A DNA stretch of 63,812 bases, filler included, from an uncultured bacterium (GTDB taxonomy: Bacteria > CAZSTA01), in assembly GCA_964609495.1 (NCBI GenBank). It is 3 parts of 3 records of this genome, joined end to end, with 100 filler letters (N's around TTAATTAATTAA, not from the genome) between each part and the next. Parts side by side here need not be neighbours in the genome. Positions count along the whole stretch, not along the records: positions 1 to 21,886 come from CAZSTA010000041.1; 2 more parts are not named here. One strand, written 5' to 3'. A program made the position numbers and the translations under genes. This document shows, piece after piece, positions 10,276 through 20,464 of this stretch; the stretch's first letter is position 1; the number at the start of each line of letters is the position of its first letter. The notes under the pieces are model-generated. The model saw nothing but the letters and a program-made list of their open reading frames with translations, was not told the DNA's origin and made no database searches.

Positions 10276-11058
10276 TTATTTTTGCTCTTCCTTAAGCCTA
10301 TCGTAGACTCTCCCTATCCCTGTTCTAAGCATTTCGCTTTCTTCCGGCCGATCCGAGAACTTCTCGACTTGAGATATAGCTTCATCTTTACCTAGATCAT
10401 TCTCAATCGCTTTCAAAACGGTGTCTCTTACCTTCTGGATATAATCTATCTGCTTGTCCAATTCTCTCTTATCCTCAATAGGAGGGATGTGTCCTCCGAT
10501 AAAAGTGTTTACCTCCATCTCCTTAATCTTTTTCAGGCTATCTATCCACTGGCTAGTATAACCCTCGGCGAAAAAGAGAGAAGTGTCAGNNNNNNNNNNG
10601 AAAAGCACCTTCTCCTCTGGAACATAGATCGCTAAGGTGTTCTCCGTATGCCCTACTAGAGGAAACATCTGAATGGTATGTTCGCCTAGATAAAGTATTA
10701 AGCACTCGGAGAAGGTTATAGTAGGAGGTTTAACTTTGAGTTGATCTATGAAGACTGCCTCTTTAGGATCATCTAATGGTTGCTTTAGAAGGGAGTCATC
10801 GGTAGGAAATTTCTCCCTAGTTTTATTATGTCCTATTACAGGTATATCGAAGAGAGAATTACATAAGATATGATCGAGGTGATGATCGGTATTGATTAGA
10901 TAAAGCAGAGGACCAAACCCTGCCAGCTTTTCCTTTAGCTCAGAAGCCTTACTGGGATACATCGGCGTATCTATTAATATTACTCCCTCACTAGTAACTA
11001 TGATACCTACATTAGGAAAACCCTCCTCAAGGTATATATTGGCAGTTATTTTTCTCAC
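10276..11058 (-). CDS. Metallo-beta-lactamase-fold hydrolase (short N gap inside)
   Basis: [20 protein letters not shown] motifs. Confidence 0.85.
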   Translation of the reverse strand: MRKITANIYLEEGFPNVGIIVTSEGVILIDTPMYPSKASELKEKLAGFGPLLYLINTDHHLDHILCNSLFDIPVIGHNKTREKFPTDDSLLKQPLDDPKEAVFIDQLKVKPPTITFSECLILYLGEHTIQMFPLVGHTENTLAIYVPEEKVLFXXXXDTSLFFAEGYTSQWIDSLKKIKEMEVNTFIGGHIPPIEDKRELDKQIDYIQKVRDTVLKAIENDLGKDEAISQVEKFSDRPEESEMLRTGIGRVYDRLKEEQK

Positions 11059-11098
11059 TATATACTACCTCCTATCTGTTAATACATCTCTGATATCC

Positions 11099-11127
11099 AT
11101 TATACTAAAGTTAATCGTATAAGTCAA
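11099..11127 (-). promoter_or_regulatory. sigma70 promoter for the MBL gene
   Basis: Minus strand TTGACT-17nt-TATAAT. Confidence 0.65.
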
Positions 11128-11164
11128 GAGAATTCGAGGATAAATACCAAGTTTTTGGTGTATG

Positions 11165-11450
11165 TGAATATCCTATAAAAAATGTCAAGAGTAAAAATAA
11201 GATATCTTTTCAAATTTCTGCTAGGTCAAAGCATAGTATCACTAATCCCTGTCCTAGAGATGACTCTGGAAAGATAAATCAACAAACTATAGTCTTTTAA
11301 GAGCAATCTCTTATTGAAATTTTCCTCTCCCTTAAAGTTAAGTTAGACAGCAACTTTTACTATCTTCTCTTTCTCTTTCGTTGCATAAGGATCATAGAGG
11401 GTATTATCCCTTAGCATCGCCCACATCACTCTTACTAGTTGCCTAGCTAA
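11165..11450 (-). mobile_element. IS110-family remnant: transposase C-terminus plus 3' non-coding end
   Basis: 11450-11343 encodes LARQLVRVMWAMLRDNTLYDPY..., resembling the IS110 C-terminal ARKL.R.IWAML motif; ~180 nt later the segment ends CTTGACATTTTTTATAGGATAT, an outward -35 box. Confidence 0.65.
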
Positions 11451-11507
11451 AAAGGCTTTAAGACCCTTAGACGAAAGGTTCTGGGATTGATTTGCTCAAA
11501 AAAACGC

Positions 11508-11536
11508 TTGACAATTTCAGATATTTGTTCTATACT
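11508..11536 (+). promoter_or_regulatory. sigma70 promoter
   Basis: TTGACA-17nt-TATACT. Confidence 0.7.
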
Positions 11537-11686
11537 ATATATAACAGCACAAGTTGCTCTTTGAAAAGAGCATAGGATTGTGTCAGAAATCCCTAATATG
11601 TCCAACTCGAAGGTTGGAAAAAAGAATTGAAGCTCCCTAAAATTGTTCCTCTGATACAACTTGTAAAACTAGAGGAGATGAGAAAT

Positions 11687-12259
11687 ATGTTCGCAGATCT
11701 GTTAAAACAATCTTGGTGGTCGTTGTTATTGCGGGGTATAGCTGCCATACTCTTTGGCGTATTAGCCCTCACCTGGCCGGGTCTCACCATAGTGACGCTG
11801 ATAATACTCTTTGGCGCTTTCGCCTTGGTAGATGGTATCTTCGTGGTGTTTGGATCGTTGATAAACCGTGAAGCGTATGAGCACTGGTGGCTGGTCTTGT
11901 TGAGCGGACTGATCAGCATCGCAGCAGGCATTCTTGTCTTCGTCTGGCCGCTCCTCACTGCACTGATCTTACTCTACCTGATTGCTGCTCGGGCGCTCAT
12001 CGTAGGTATCATGGACATCATCGCTGCCATTCGACTGCGGAAGGAAATCGAGGGTGAATGGATGCTTATCCTGGCCGGGATCGCATCGGTGCTTTTTGGC
12101 CTAATAATGTTCATTTGGCCCGGCGCTGGCGCGCTGGCGGTTATCTGGCTGATTGCAATCTATGCCATCTTTGTTGGCCTGATGCTACTGATCCTTGCCT
12201 TCAAGGTGCGGAGTTGGAGAAGCCAACTTGAGGAGCGCGGGGAACAGAGTACATCCTGA
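11687..12259 (+). CDS. HdeD/DUF308 family membrane protein
   Basis: WWSLLLRGIAAILFGVLALTWPG...AAIRLRKEIEGEW; GAGGAG SD before ATG 11687. Confidence 0.9.
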   Translation: MFADLLKQSWWSLLLRGIAAILFGVLALTWPGLTIVTLIILFGAFALVDGIFVVFGSLINREAYEHWWLVLLSGLISIAAGILVFVWPLLTALILLYLIAARALIVGIMDIIAAIRLRKEIEGEWMLILAGIASVLFGLIMFIWPGAGALAVIWLIAIYAIFVGLMLLILAFKVRSWRSQLEERGEQSTS

Positions 12260-12430
12260 ACCTGTACAAATTTGCCTCAGAATCATAAGGGAAGGGCCGT
12301 CCACGAATCGGGCCCAGATACACGAATTTCTAGCTTGCATAAATCTCCCAATAGGGAATTGGGAGTAGGTCATAACCTATACTATTCTCAGCTGTGTTAA
12401 GCGGTGAACAGAGGAATTTTCTCAGAGGTA

Positions 12431-12459
12431 TTGACAAAAACGATTTTCTTTGGTATAAT
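12431..12459 (+). promoter_or_regulatory. tRNA operon promoter
   Basis: TTGACA-17nt-TATAAT, 11 nt before tRNA-Gly. Confidence 0.85.
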
Positions 12460-12470
12460 TGCTAAAAAGG

Positions 12471-12545
12471 GCGGAAGCAGCTCAATGGTAGAGCATCGCC
12501 TTGCCAAGGCGGGGGTTGCGGGTTCAAGTCCCGTCTTCCGCTCCA
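12471..12545 (+). tRNA. tRNA-Gly(GCC)
   Basis: Cloverleaf, anticodon arm CGCC-TTGCCAA-GGCG, GGTTCAAGTCC, encoded CCA. Confidence 0.95.
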
Positions 12546-12551
12546 TCTATT

Positions 12552-12627
12552 GGCGACGTAGCCAAGTGGCTAAGGCAGAGGTCTGCAAAACCTCCATTCC
12601 CCGGTTCAAATCCGGGCGTCGCCTCCA
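12552..12627 (+). tRNA. tRNA-Cys(GCA)
   Basis: GAGGT-CTGCAAA-ACCTC anticodon arm, U73 discriminator, CCA. Confidence 0.95.
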
Positions 12628-12641
12628 GCAAATTCTTGTGT

Positions 12642-12716
12642 GGGCGATTAGCTCAGGGGGAGAGCATCTCCTTGACGCGGAGAGGGTCGTAGGTTCAAAT
12701 CCTACATCGCCCACCA
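12642..12716 (+). tRNA. tRNA-Val(GAC)
   Basis: TCTCC-TTGACGC-GGAGA anticodon arm, GGTTCAAATCC, ACCA. Confidence 0.95.
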
Positions 12717-12799
12717 TTATTTATTTACGGGAATATGACTTGAAGACCCCTAGACTTCAGGATGAGGGAGTGGAAAGTCATTTTCTATCTTTAAAACAC

Positions 12800-12828
12800 T
12801 TGATAATATCGCCCATCTGTGATATAAT
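12800..12828 (+). promoter_or_regulatory. sigma70 promoter for the sugar ABC operon
   Basis: TTGATA-17nt-TATAAT with extended -10 TG. Confidence 0.7.
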
Positions 12829-13011
12829 ATATACATAAGTTACTCTAGTTTCACTTGCCTACATTATCAGAAAGAGAGAAATCAAATCGGATTTACTAAG
12901 GAGGTGATGGAGCAAGCAGATTTATTGTTTGGGGAAGAAGAAAGTTCCCAAAGATAAAGGTTGGGAGCTTTCACGGGAGAATAAACCATTAAAGAAAGGA
13001 GAGAAAATAAA

Positions 13012-14007
13012 ATGAAAAAGAGATTTATAGCCCTTGCAATGATTCTGACAATGTGCATACTTTTCTTTGCTGTAGGTTATGTGGCCGCTGAAGGAAAGCA
13101 TTTCGAGGGGATAAGGATTCGCTTCTTCTGTGGAGGTCCCCCCGGATGTCCATTTGCCAGTGTAGTCTATAAAGGGGCGAAGGCCGCCGAGGAGGATTTA
13201 GGATGTAAGGTGGATTATGTGTGGTCAGACTGGAATCCGGAAAAGATGATTGCCCAATTCAAAGATGCTATCGCCGTTAGACCTGATGGTATATGCATAA
13301 TGGGGCATCCAGGACAAGATGCATTTGGACCCCTGGTGGATGAAGCCATTGCCAAGGGAATTATCGTAACCAGCCAGAACACGGACCTCCCTCAAATCGA
13401 AAGGAAATATGTAGCAAATGGTTTCGGCTACGTCGGCCAGGATCTATACTTATCTGGCTTATCCTTGGGGAGAAAGTGCGTAGATAAGTGGGGTCTGGGA
13501 GAGGGAGATAGAGCTCTGGTCTGGGGTCTTCTGGGGGAGGAAATGCGGGGCTTAAGGTCGAAAGGTTGCATAGATGGTTTGGAAGAAGCAGGAGTAACGG
13601 TTGATTATTTGGATATCTCGGCCGACGTGGATAAAGATCCACCTTTGGGCGCTCCGATTGTAACTGGCTATATCTCAGCCCATCCCGATGTGAAATTGAT
13701 CATTACCGATCACGGCGGACTTACCGCAACCCTAGAAACCTACTTAAAAACGGCCGGTAAGAAACCTGGAGAAATAAAGGGCGCAGGGTTTGATCTTACT
13801 GCGGCTACAGTAGAGTCTATTAGAAATGGGTATGTTGGAGTTATACTGGATCAACAGCCATACCTTCAGGGATATCTACCTATTCTTCAAGTTTGTCTAA
13901 CCAAGAAGTATGGTTTTGCGGGCCTCCACATCGATACTGGATCTGGTTTCATAGATGAAACTAACGTCGAAGCTGTTGCCAAATTAGCTGAGGAAGGGAT
14001 ACGGTAA
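13012..14007 (+). CDS. Sugar ABC transporter substrate-binding protein (RbsB-like)
   Basis: Signal peptide, GYVGQD, AGFDL, LDQQPYLQGYLP. Confidence 0.9.
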   Translation: MKKRFIALAMILTMCILFFAVGYVAAEGKHFEGIRIRFFCGGPPGCPFASVVYKGAKAAEEDLGCKVDYVWSDWNPEKMIAQFKDAIAVRPDGICIMGHPGQDAFGPLVDEAIAKGIIVTSQNTDLPQIERKYVANGFGYVGQDLYLSGLSLGRKCVDKWGLGEGDRALVWGLLGEEMRGLRSKGCIDGLEEAGVTVDYLDISADVDKDPPLGAPIVTGYISAHPDVKLIITDHGGLTATLETYLKTAGKKPGEIKGAGFDLTAATVESIRNGYVGVILDQQPYLQGYLPILQVCLTKKYGFAGLHIDTGSGFIDETNVEAVAKLAEEGIR

Positions 14008-14008
14008 A

Positions 14009-14785
14009 GTGACGGAAGAGAAAGCAGTAACTCCTCCATTAGTGCGTATGGTTAATATCCATAAGTCTTTCGGAGAAGTTACTGCTCTTCATAACGAAAA
14101 TTTTGAAGTCGGGTATAATGAAATTGTCGGGCTGGTAGGCGATAACGGAGCAGGTAAATCAACCCTGATAAAGATCCTGACCGGAGTTTATGCCCCCGAT
14201 AAAGGGGAGATCTATTTTAAAGGGAGTAGGATAACCAAACACTCCGTTGAAGAAGCTCGCAATATGGGTATTGAAACCGTCTATCAAGAAAAAGCACTGG
14301 GTGAGCAACAGACATTATGGCGAAATATTTTCATGGGGAGAGAAATAACATCTTCTTTAGGTTTTCTCCGGGTAAAAGAGGCAAAGGAAGAAGCCAATAG
14401 GATATTGAAAGAGATGATAGGATTTACCGCGGAAGGACTTACCCCCGACTCGGTGGTTAGGTGGTTATCTGGCGGGGAAAAACAAGGCGTGACAATAGCC
14501 AGGGCTCTCTATTTCGAGGCGGATTTGATAATATTGGATGAGCCAACTATGGGCTTATCGCTTTCCGAGACCAAAAAAGTCCTGGATTTTGTAAGAGGGA
14601 TAAAAGAACAGGGGAAGTCCTGTATCTTCATCACCCATAATATCTATTATGTATATCCGGTTGCGGATAGGCTTGTCATCTTAGACCGGGGAAAGACCGT
14701 GGGGGAATTTAGAAAGGAAGATATTTCGCTGGAAGAGCTCGTCGATAAATTATACCTTGTGGCGCGAACTGGGGAATTGAGTTAA
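14009..14785 (+). CDS. Sugar ABC transporter ATP-binding protein
   Basis: GDNGAGKST, LSGGEKQ, ILDEPT, FITH. Confidence 0.95.
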   Translation: MTEEKAVTPPLVRMVNIHKSFGEVTALHNENFEVGYNEIVGLVGDNGAGKSTLIKILTGVYAPDKGEIYFKGSRITKHSVEEARNMGIETVYQEKALGEQQTLWRNIFMGREITSSLGFLRVKEAKEEANRILKEMIGFTAEGLTPDSVVRWLSGGEKQGVTIARALYFEADLIILDEPTMGLSLSETKKVLDFVRGIKEQGKSCIFITHNIYYVYPVADRLVILDRGKTVGEFRKEDISLEELVDKLYLVARTGELS

Positions 14786-14842
14786 TCCAAACTCGATCCC
14801 GAACACCATTTCTGCGTAGGGTCGTTTTATGTCAAAGAAAGG

Positions 14843-15834
14843 GTGAGGAAGATCATAAAGGCAATAAGTTCTAAGCTGCGCGAGAGCAGATTGCAAATAA
14901 GTATATTCTTAGTGTTTCTAGCAATATTTATATTTTTTATCATCGGAAATCCTCGAGCTTTTCTCAGATTTGATATTTACTATTCTTTTATGTCCACCAT
15001 TCCCTTCTCAGCCATTATGGCGTTAGCCTTGACGCTCATAGTTATTTGCGGAGAGATGGACCTGTCCTTCCCTTCCATAATGGGATTTGCCGGTTGGGTA
15101 TTTGCTAGCGTATCCAAGGTAACCGGAAATGTTTACTTAGCTTTGCTCAGTTGTTTGATGGTAGGAGTGATCGGAGGAATTATAAATGGAACATTAGTAG
15201 TGAAAATCGGCATCCCTTCCTTGATAGCAACTATAGGCACTATGTTCTTCTGGAGAGGAATGGTGATGGTTTGCAGTCAAGGAGTAGGAATAACACTAGT
15301 ACCCTCTAAAGGAACTGCCTTATATAGCGCTTTAGTAGGGAGAATAGGGGGTGTTATTCCCGCTCAGGCGGTATGGCTGGTAGGAATAGCGGTTCTGTTC
15401 TGGGTGCTTCTAAATCGACATAGATTTGGCGCTCATATATATTTTACTGGGGATAATGCGGAAAGTTCAAGGATGATGGGCATATCCGTAGGAAGGGTGA
15501 AGGTGCTAGTCTTCGTGATCGTAGGGATCACTGCTTCTTTTGCAGGAGTGCTGTCTAGTCTGGAGGTATTATACTTTTGGCCCACGCTGGGAGAAGGATA
15601 TCTTCTCAGAACAANNNNNNNNNNAAAACCCTAGCCGCGGTTTTCGTGGGAGGAACTTCAGTTTTTGGAGGGATGGGGACTATTTTTGGAACTTTTATAG
15701 GAGCTTTCATCATAGGCTCTCTAGAAGCTGGAATTATTGCTATGGGGGCTTCAGGATTTTGGATCCAGTTGATCTATGGCTTGGTCATAGTTGTCTCCCT
15801 TTCCATTTACTCGTTTATGAGGAAAAGATCCTGA
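14843..15834 (+). CDS. Sugar ABC transporter permease (apparent frameshift caused by N gap 15615-15624)
   Basis: GEMDLSFPS, IPSLIATIG and AAVFVGGTSVFGG lie on either side of the gap. Confidence 0.9.
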
Positions 15835-16233
15835 TTTAAGGATCGCGTAACTGTCAAAATCAGGTTATCATCATTTCCAAGACCAGAATTTAAATTTAAT
15901 TTGATATAATTAGCAAAAAAGTGCTTGCTAATTTGAGTCAATTATGCTATAATCATCTCAAGTTTGTGTTAGAAGCGGGAGTTAGGGAGATCGAGTCCCA
16001 TCTGGGGACCATCCCTTGACAAAAAGTAAAAGGTATTATATACTCTTGATATGAGACTGGGCATATAGCTTGGTCTGATTAGGCGTTCGAATCGGAGCCT
16101 GTTAAAAGGAGTAGAATTACGTCGAACCAATTACTACTTCAGAGTTTTCAATTTGCGACTTGTTAAAGATATTCTCTGTTAATGACCCTTGTTTTATTTT
16201 CTAATCCGTAATCACCAAGAGAGAGATTAAGGT

Positions 16234-16872
16234 ATGGAAAAAATATTTTTAATTTTAATAATTATTTTTTCCCTTATAATTGTAGAAAGTGCATCAGCTC
16301 ATCAACCAAGGATTGTTTCGGGAGAAGAGATTATTCAAATAGAAAATCCTGAAGTTTCCCAAGCCTTCTACGGAGAGCTTAATGGAGAACCGGCTTATTT
16401 TGAGATTAATTCAATTGAGCCTTTTAGATTTTATATTGGCATTTTGGTTCCTGATTTAGAAGGTGTTAAAAAAGATATTTCTGCGAGAGTTTATCTTGAA
16501 GAAGTAAATGATGAAAAAGAATTGCTTTTTTTGGATGGTTCTAATTATAACTGGGAACCTTATTATGAAGAGTTTGCTGGAGATTCGTATTACAAAGGGC
16601 CAGAGATAAGTAAAGATTTCGGAAAAGGGAAGTATATTATAGAAGTTTTTAATAGTAATAATCAGGGAAAATATGTTTTGGTGATAGGAGAAAGAGAGGA
16701 GTTCCCTCCAAAAGAAATTATTAAAACAATAATACTTTTACCAAGTTTAAAAAAGGATTTTTTTAATAAATCACCCTTCACGGCTTATTTTAACTTAACA
16801 GGGTTGTTTTTACTTATTTTTCTCTTAGTTATCTCTGGTATTGTTATTCTTATTTCTTCCTTAGTACTGTAG
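16234..16872 (+). CDS. Hypothetical secreted, C-terminally anchored protein (AT-rich gene)
   Basis: Signal peptide ending ASA-HQPR, C-terminal TM helix; visibly lower GC than neighbours. Confidence 0.75.
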   Translation: MEKIFLILIIIFSLIIVESASAHQPRIVSGEEIIQIENPEVSQAFYGELNGEPAYFEINSIEPFRFYIGILVPDLEGVKKDISARVYLEEVNDEKELLFLDGSNYNWEPYYEEFAGDSYYKGPEISKDFGKGKYIIEVFNSNNQGKYVLVIGEREEFPPKEIIKTIILLPSLKKDFFNKSPFTAYFNLTGLFLLIFLLVISGIVILISSLVL

Positions 16873-17021
16873 TTTCGCATTTTTGAAAACGCTAAACTGA
16901 AAATTCAGTTTCTAAACGAATTTTTGGATAAAAAGTATGAGCAAAACGAGCCCTGCAAGAATCTTCATTAATACTAGATTTTTGAAAAATCTGCGAAAGT
17001 ATAGTTAGAATCGAGATACGA

Positions 17022-17268
17022 GAAAAGCTATGATGAGGACGAGTAACTCCTCGCCTCCTTGGTAGAGAACGAAAGTCATCGGCTGAGAGCTTTCGGCAAG
17101 GGAGAGGAGCGAAAACCACCTCGGAGCTAGGGGCTGAAGTCGTAGTAAGCCTTATCGGTTGGGGAGCCGTTATCGCCCCTGAGAGCGGATGAAATGATTC
17201 ATCAATAAGGGTGGAACCGCGGGAATATCGCCTCTCGTCCCTATCTATTAGGGATGAGGGGCTTTTTT
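17022..17268 (+). promoter_or_regulatory. T-box riboswitch (Thr) with terminator
   Basis: AGAGA and GGCTGA stem-I motifs, specifier ACC at 17115-17117, CCGTTATC, T-box AAGGGTGGAACCGCG at 17207-17221, terminator hairpin plus U-tract; upstream of thrS. Confidence 0.92.
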
Positions 17269-17349
17269 AGTTTGTAGGTGATTATGATCGGATTATCACA
17301 TCCGATCACGATATACAAAATTTCAAACCGATTAAAGGAGGGGTAAGAA

Positions 17350-19287
17350 ATGGAAGTGAAAGTGACGTTGCCCGATGGTTCGGTAGAGGAGTATGAGAAA
17401 GGGACCACGGTAGCTCAGATAGCGGCTAGCATCGGAAAGAGATTAGCGAAAGCCGCTATAGTCGGTAAGGTAAATGATAAACTCGTCGATCTTAACTATC
17501 CGGTGGAGGAGGATTGTCGTCTGGAGATCATAACTGAGACCTCTCCTGAGGCGCTTTCCATTCTCCGCCATAGCACCTCTCACATTATGGCTCAGGCAGT
17601 AAAGAGCCTGTTCCCGGAGGCAAAGTTAGCTATAGGGCCCGCTATAGAGGACGGTTTCTACTATGACTTTGATGTAATCCTGCCATTTACACCTGAGGAC
17701 TTAGCCGAGATCGAAGAGAAGATGAGGGAGATAGTAGAGCAGAATCTTCCTTTCTCTTCTAAGATGTTCACGAAAGATGAGGCGAAGAAGTTCTTCGCTG
17801 AGAGGGGAGAGAAATATAAAATCGAACTGCTCGAGGATATCCCAGACGAAGAAGTCCCTATCTATAAGCAGGGTGATTTCGCCGACCTATGTTTAGGACC
17901 TCACATTCCTTCTACTGGAAAAGCCAAAGCTTTCAAGTTGCTAAATGTGGCAGGAGCATATTGGAGAGGCGACGAAAAGCGAGAGATGTTGCAGAGGATC
18001 TATGGGACAGTTTATTCCTCCCAGAAGGATCTGGACGATCATCTTCACCGGTTGGAGGAAGCTAAGAGGAGGGATCATCGCAAATTAGGTAGAGATCTGG
18101 ATATCTATAGCATCCATGAGGAGGTGGGAGCAGGATTAATCCACTGGCATCCCAAGGGGGCTATGATCCGCACGCTCATCGAGGACTTCTGGAAGAAGGA
18201 GCATTTCCGAAGGGGATACGATCTGGTTTACACCCCTCATATAGCCAGCGAGAAGATATATGCTATCAGTGGTCATCTGGAGAATTACCTGGATAGTATG
18301 TATTCGGCGATGGATATAGAAGGCTCTCCTTACCGAATGAAGCCGATGAACTGCCCCGGACATATAATGATCTATCAGACGAAGACGAGGAGCTATCGAG
18401 ATCTCCCCATCCGTTTGGCTGAGTTGGGAACGGTATATCGCTATGAACGAAGTGGCACTCTGCACGGTATGTTGAGAGTGCGAGGCTTTACACAGGATGA
18501 CTCTCACATATTCTGTACCCCGGATCAGCTTGTCAAGGAGCTGGTAAAGATCCTAGAGCTAGTGGACTTCATGATGGCCACCTTCGGTTATAGATATCAG
18601 GCGTTTCTATCCACGAGACCAGAGAAGTCTATCGGCTCAGATGAGGTATGGGAGATGGCTACGAATGCTTTGAAGGAGGCTTTGAGGATCAGAGATCAAG
18701 AGTATGAGATCGACCCTGGAGCCGGGATATTCTATGGCCCTAAGATCGATATCAAGATTGTGGATGCCCTGGGACGAGGTTGGCAAGGACCGACGATTCA
18801 AGTCGATTTTAATCTGCCAGAGAGGTTCGATGTAACTTATATCGGCGAGGATAACGAGAGACACCGCGTAGTTATGGTTCACCGCACGGTCTTAGGTTCA
18901 ATGGAAAGATTCATCGGTGGCTTGATCGAGCATTACGCGGGGGCGTTCCCAACCTGGCTTTCCCCCATTCAAGTCCGAGTTATTCCGATTGCTGATCGGC
19001 ATCTTCCCTATGCCTCGAAAGTCAGGGATATGCTCTTCGATAAAGAAGTCAGAGTTGAACTTGACGATCGTAGTGAGAGTGTGAGCTTCAAGATACGATC
19101 CGCTCAATTGGAGAAGCTACCCTATATGCTTATCATCGGCGATAGAGAGGTGGAGCATCGGACGGTAGCGGTTAGAAGGAGAGATGAAAGAGACCTGGGG
19201 GCGATGAAGTTGGATAGCTTCTCCAAACAGTTGGAGGAGGAGATCGAGAGCAGGGCTAGGGAATTAAAAGTGGAGAAGGAAAAATAA
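17350..19287 (+). CDS. thrS: Threonyl-tRNA synthetase
   Basis: TGS domain, RHSTSH, RDHRKLG, KPMNCPGH, RVRGFTQDD, GSMERFIG. Confidence 0.98.
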   Translation: MEVKVTLPDGSVEEYEKGTTVAQIAASIGKRLAKAAIVGKVNDKLVDLNYPVEEDCRLEIITETSPEALSILRHSTSHIMAQAVKSLFPEAKLAIGPAIEDGFYYDFDVILPFTPEDLAEIEEKMREIVEQNLPFSSKMFTKDEAKKFFAERGEKYKIELLEDIPDEEVPIYKQGDFADLCLGPHIPSTGKAKAFKLLNVAGAYWRGDEKREMLQRIYGTVYSSQKDLDDHLHRLEEAKRRDHRKLGRDLDIYSIHEEVGAGLIHWHPKGAMIRTLIEDFWKKEHFRRGYDLVYTPHIASEKIYAISGHLENYLDSMYSAMDIEGSPYRMKPMNCPGHIMIYQTKTRSYRDLPIRLAELGTVYRYERSGTLHGMLRVRGFTQDDSHIFCTPDQLVKELVKILELVDFMMATFGYRYQAFLSTRPEKSIGSDEVWEMATNALKEALRIRDQEYEIDPGAGIFYGPKIDIKIVDALGRGWQGPTIQVDFNLPERFDVTYIGEDNERHRVVMVHRTVLGSMERFIGGLIEHYAGAFPTWLSPIQVRVIPIADRHLPYASKVRDMLFDKEVRVELDDRSESVSFKIRSAQLEKLPYMLIIGDREVEHRTVAVRRRDERDLGAMKLDSFSKQLEEEIESRARELKVEKEK

Positions 19288-19299
19288 CGAATAGTGCTG

Positions 19300-19334
19300 A
19301 AGGGGTGTGATCGAGGTGATCACACCCCTTTTTT
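19300..19334 (+). terminator. Intrinsic terminator
   Basis: AAGGGGTGTGATC-GAGGT-GATCACACCCCTT followed by a T-run. Confidence 0.85.
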
Positions 19335-19468
19335 AAAAAATTTTTAAAATTTATGGTTTATTTAATCGTAAATTTGGGTATAATATTAGTAAGGTTAATC
19401 CGAGCCATTATTATGAGAAAGGGTGGAGAGATATCTCGATCTACATTTGACGGGGAGATATCAAGCGG

Positions 19469-20464
19469 ATGATATCAGTTATCGTTCCTGCTTATAACGC
19501 AGTTGATACGATCGAAAAATGCCTTAGGGCCCTGCTCGACCAATCCTATCCTCGCGATGATTATGAGGTAATCGTAGTCGATGATGGCTCCACTGATAGG
19601 ACTAGGGAGATAGTCGGCAAATATCCGGTGAAATTGCTATCTCAACCGAATCAAGGACCAGCGGTCGCTAGAAACTTGGGAGTCGAAAACGCCGAAGGAG
19701 ATATAATCCTCTTCACCGATTCCGATTGCGAGCCAGCAAGAGATTGGATAGAGCAGATGGTCAAACCATTTCAAGATGAGGAGATAGTCGGAACTAAGGG
19801 TGTCTATAAGACTCGTCAGAGGGAGTTGGTCGCTAGATTCGTGCAGATAGAGTATGAGGATAGATATGATAAGATGAAGCACGATAAGTATATAGACTTT
19901 ATAGATACCTATTCGGCTGGCTATAGGAAAGATGTCTTTCTCAATTGTGGTGGGTTTGATCCAGTCTTCACCACTGCTTCGGTGGAGGATCAAGAGCTGT
20001 CATTTAAGATAGCTAGTCAGGGCTATAAGATGGTCTTCGTTCCCCAAGCCATTGTCTATCATAGACACGCTTACACACTGGAGAGATACCTGAGGAAGAA
20101 ATTCTGGATAGGATATTGGAAGTATCTGGTGCTTAAGAGATATCCCCAAAAGGTCGTCAAAGATTCTCATACTCCGCAGATCTTAAAAGCTCAAGTAGGA
20201 TTGTTCTACCTAATTTTATTGGGATTCTTTGCCTCTATCTTTTACAACCCGCTTATCTATCCAGCGCTCTTTCTTCTATTTACACTTCTAATAAGCACGA
20301 TACCTTACTCCTTAAAGGCTTTGAGGAAAGATTTGATTGTAGGATCACTATCTCCCTTGCTGATCTTTTTAAGGGCAGGTGCCCTAGGGCTTGGTTTAGG
20401 CATAGGATTCATAACCAGTAAAGCTCGGATCGATAGGCAGGTGATTCATAATGATGTTGGATAA
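19469..20464 (+). CDS. GT2 glycosyltransferase with C-terminal TM helices
   Basis: SVIVPAYN, VDDGSTD, GPAVARN, FTDSDC, GGFD, VEDQEL. Confidence 0.9.
   Translation: MISVIVPAYNAVDTIEKCLRALLDQSYPRDDYEVIVVDDGSTDRTREIVGKYPVKLLSQPNQGPAVARNLGVENAEGDIILFTDSDCEPARDWIEQMVKPFQDEEIVGTKGVYKTRQRELVARFVQIEYEDRYDKMKHDKYIDFIDTYSAGYRKDVFLNCGGFDPVFTTASVEDQELSFKIASQGYKMVFVPQAIVYHRHAYTLERYLRKKFWIGYWKYLVLKRYPQKVVKDSHTPQILKAQVGLFYLILLGFFASIFYNPLIYPALFLLFTLLISTIPYSLKALRKDLIVGSLSPLLIFLRAGALGLGLGIGFITSKARIDRQVIHNDVG

Noticed and set aside
12404-12838. 144-aa and 63-aa ORFs
   Set aside because: They overlap three tRNA genes and are spurious
15600-15640. Apparent frameshift in the ABC permease
   Set aside because: Coincides with a 10-N gap of arbitrary length
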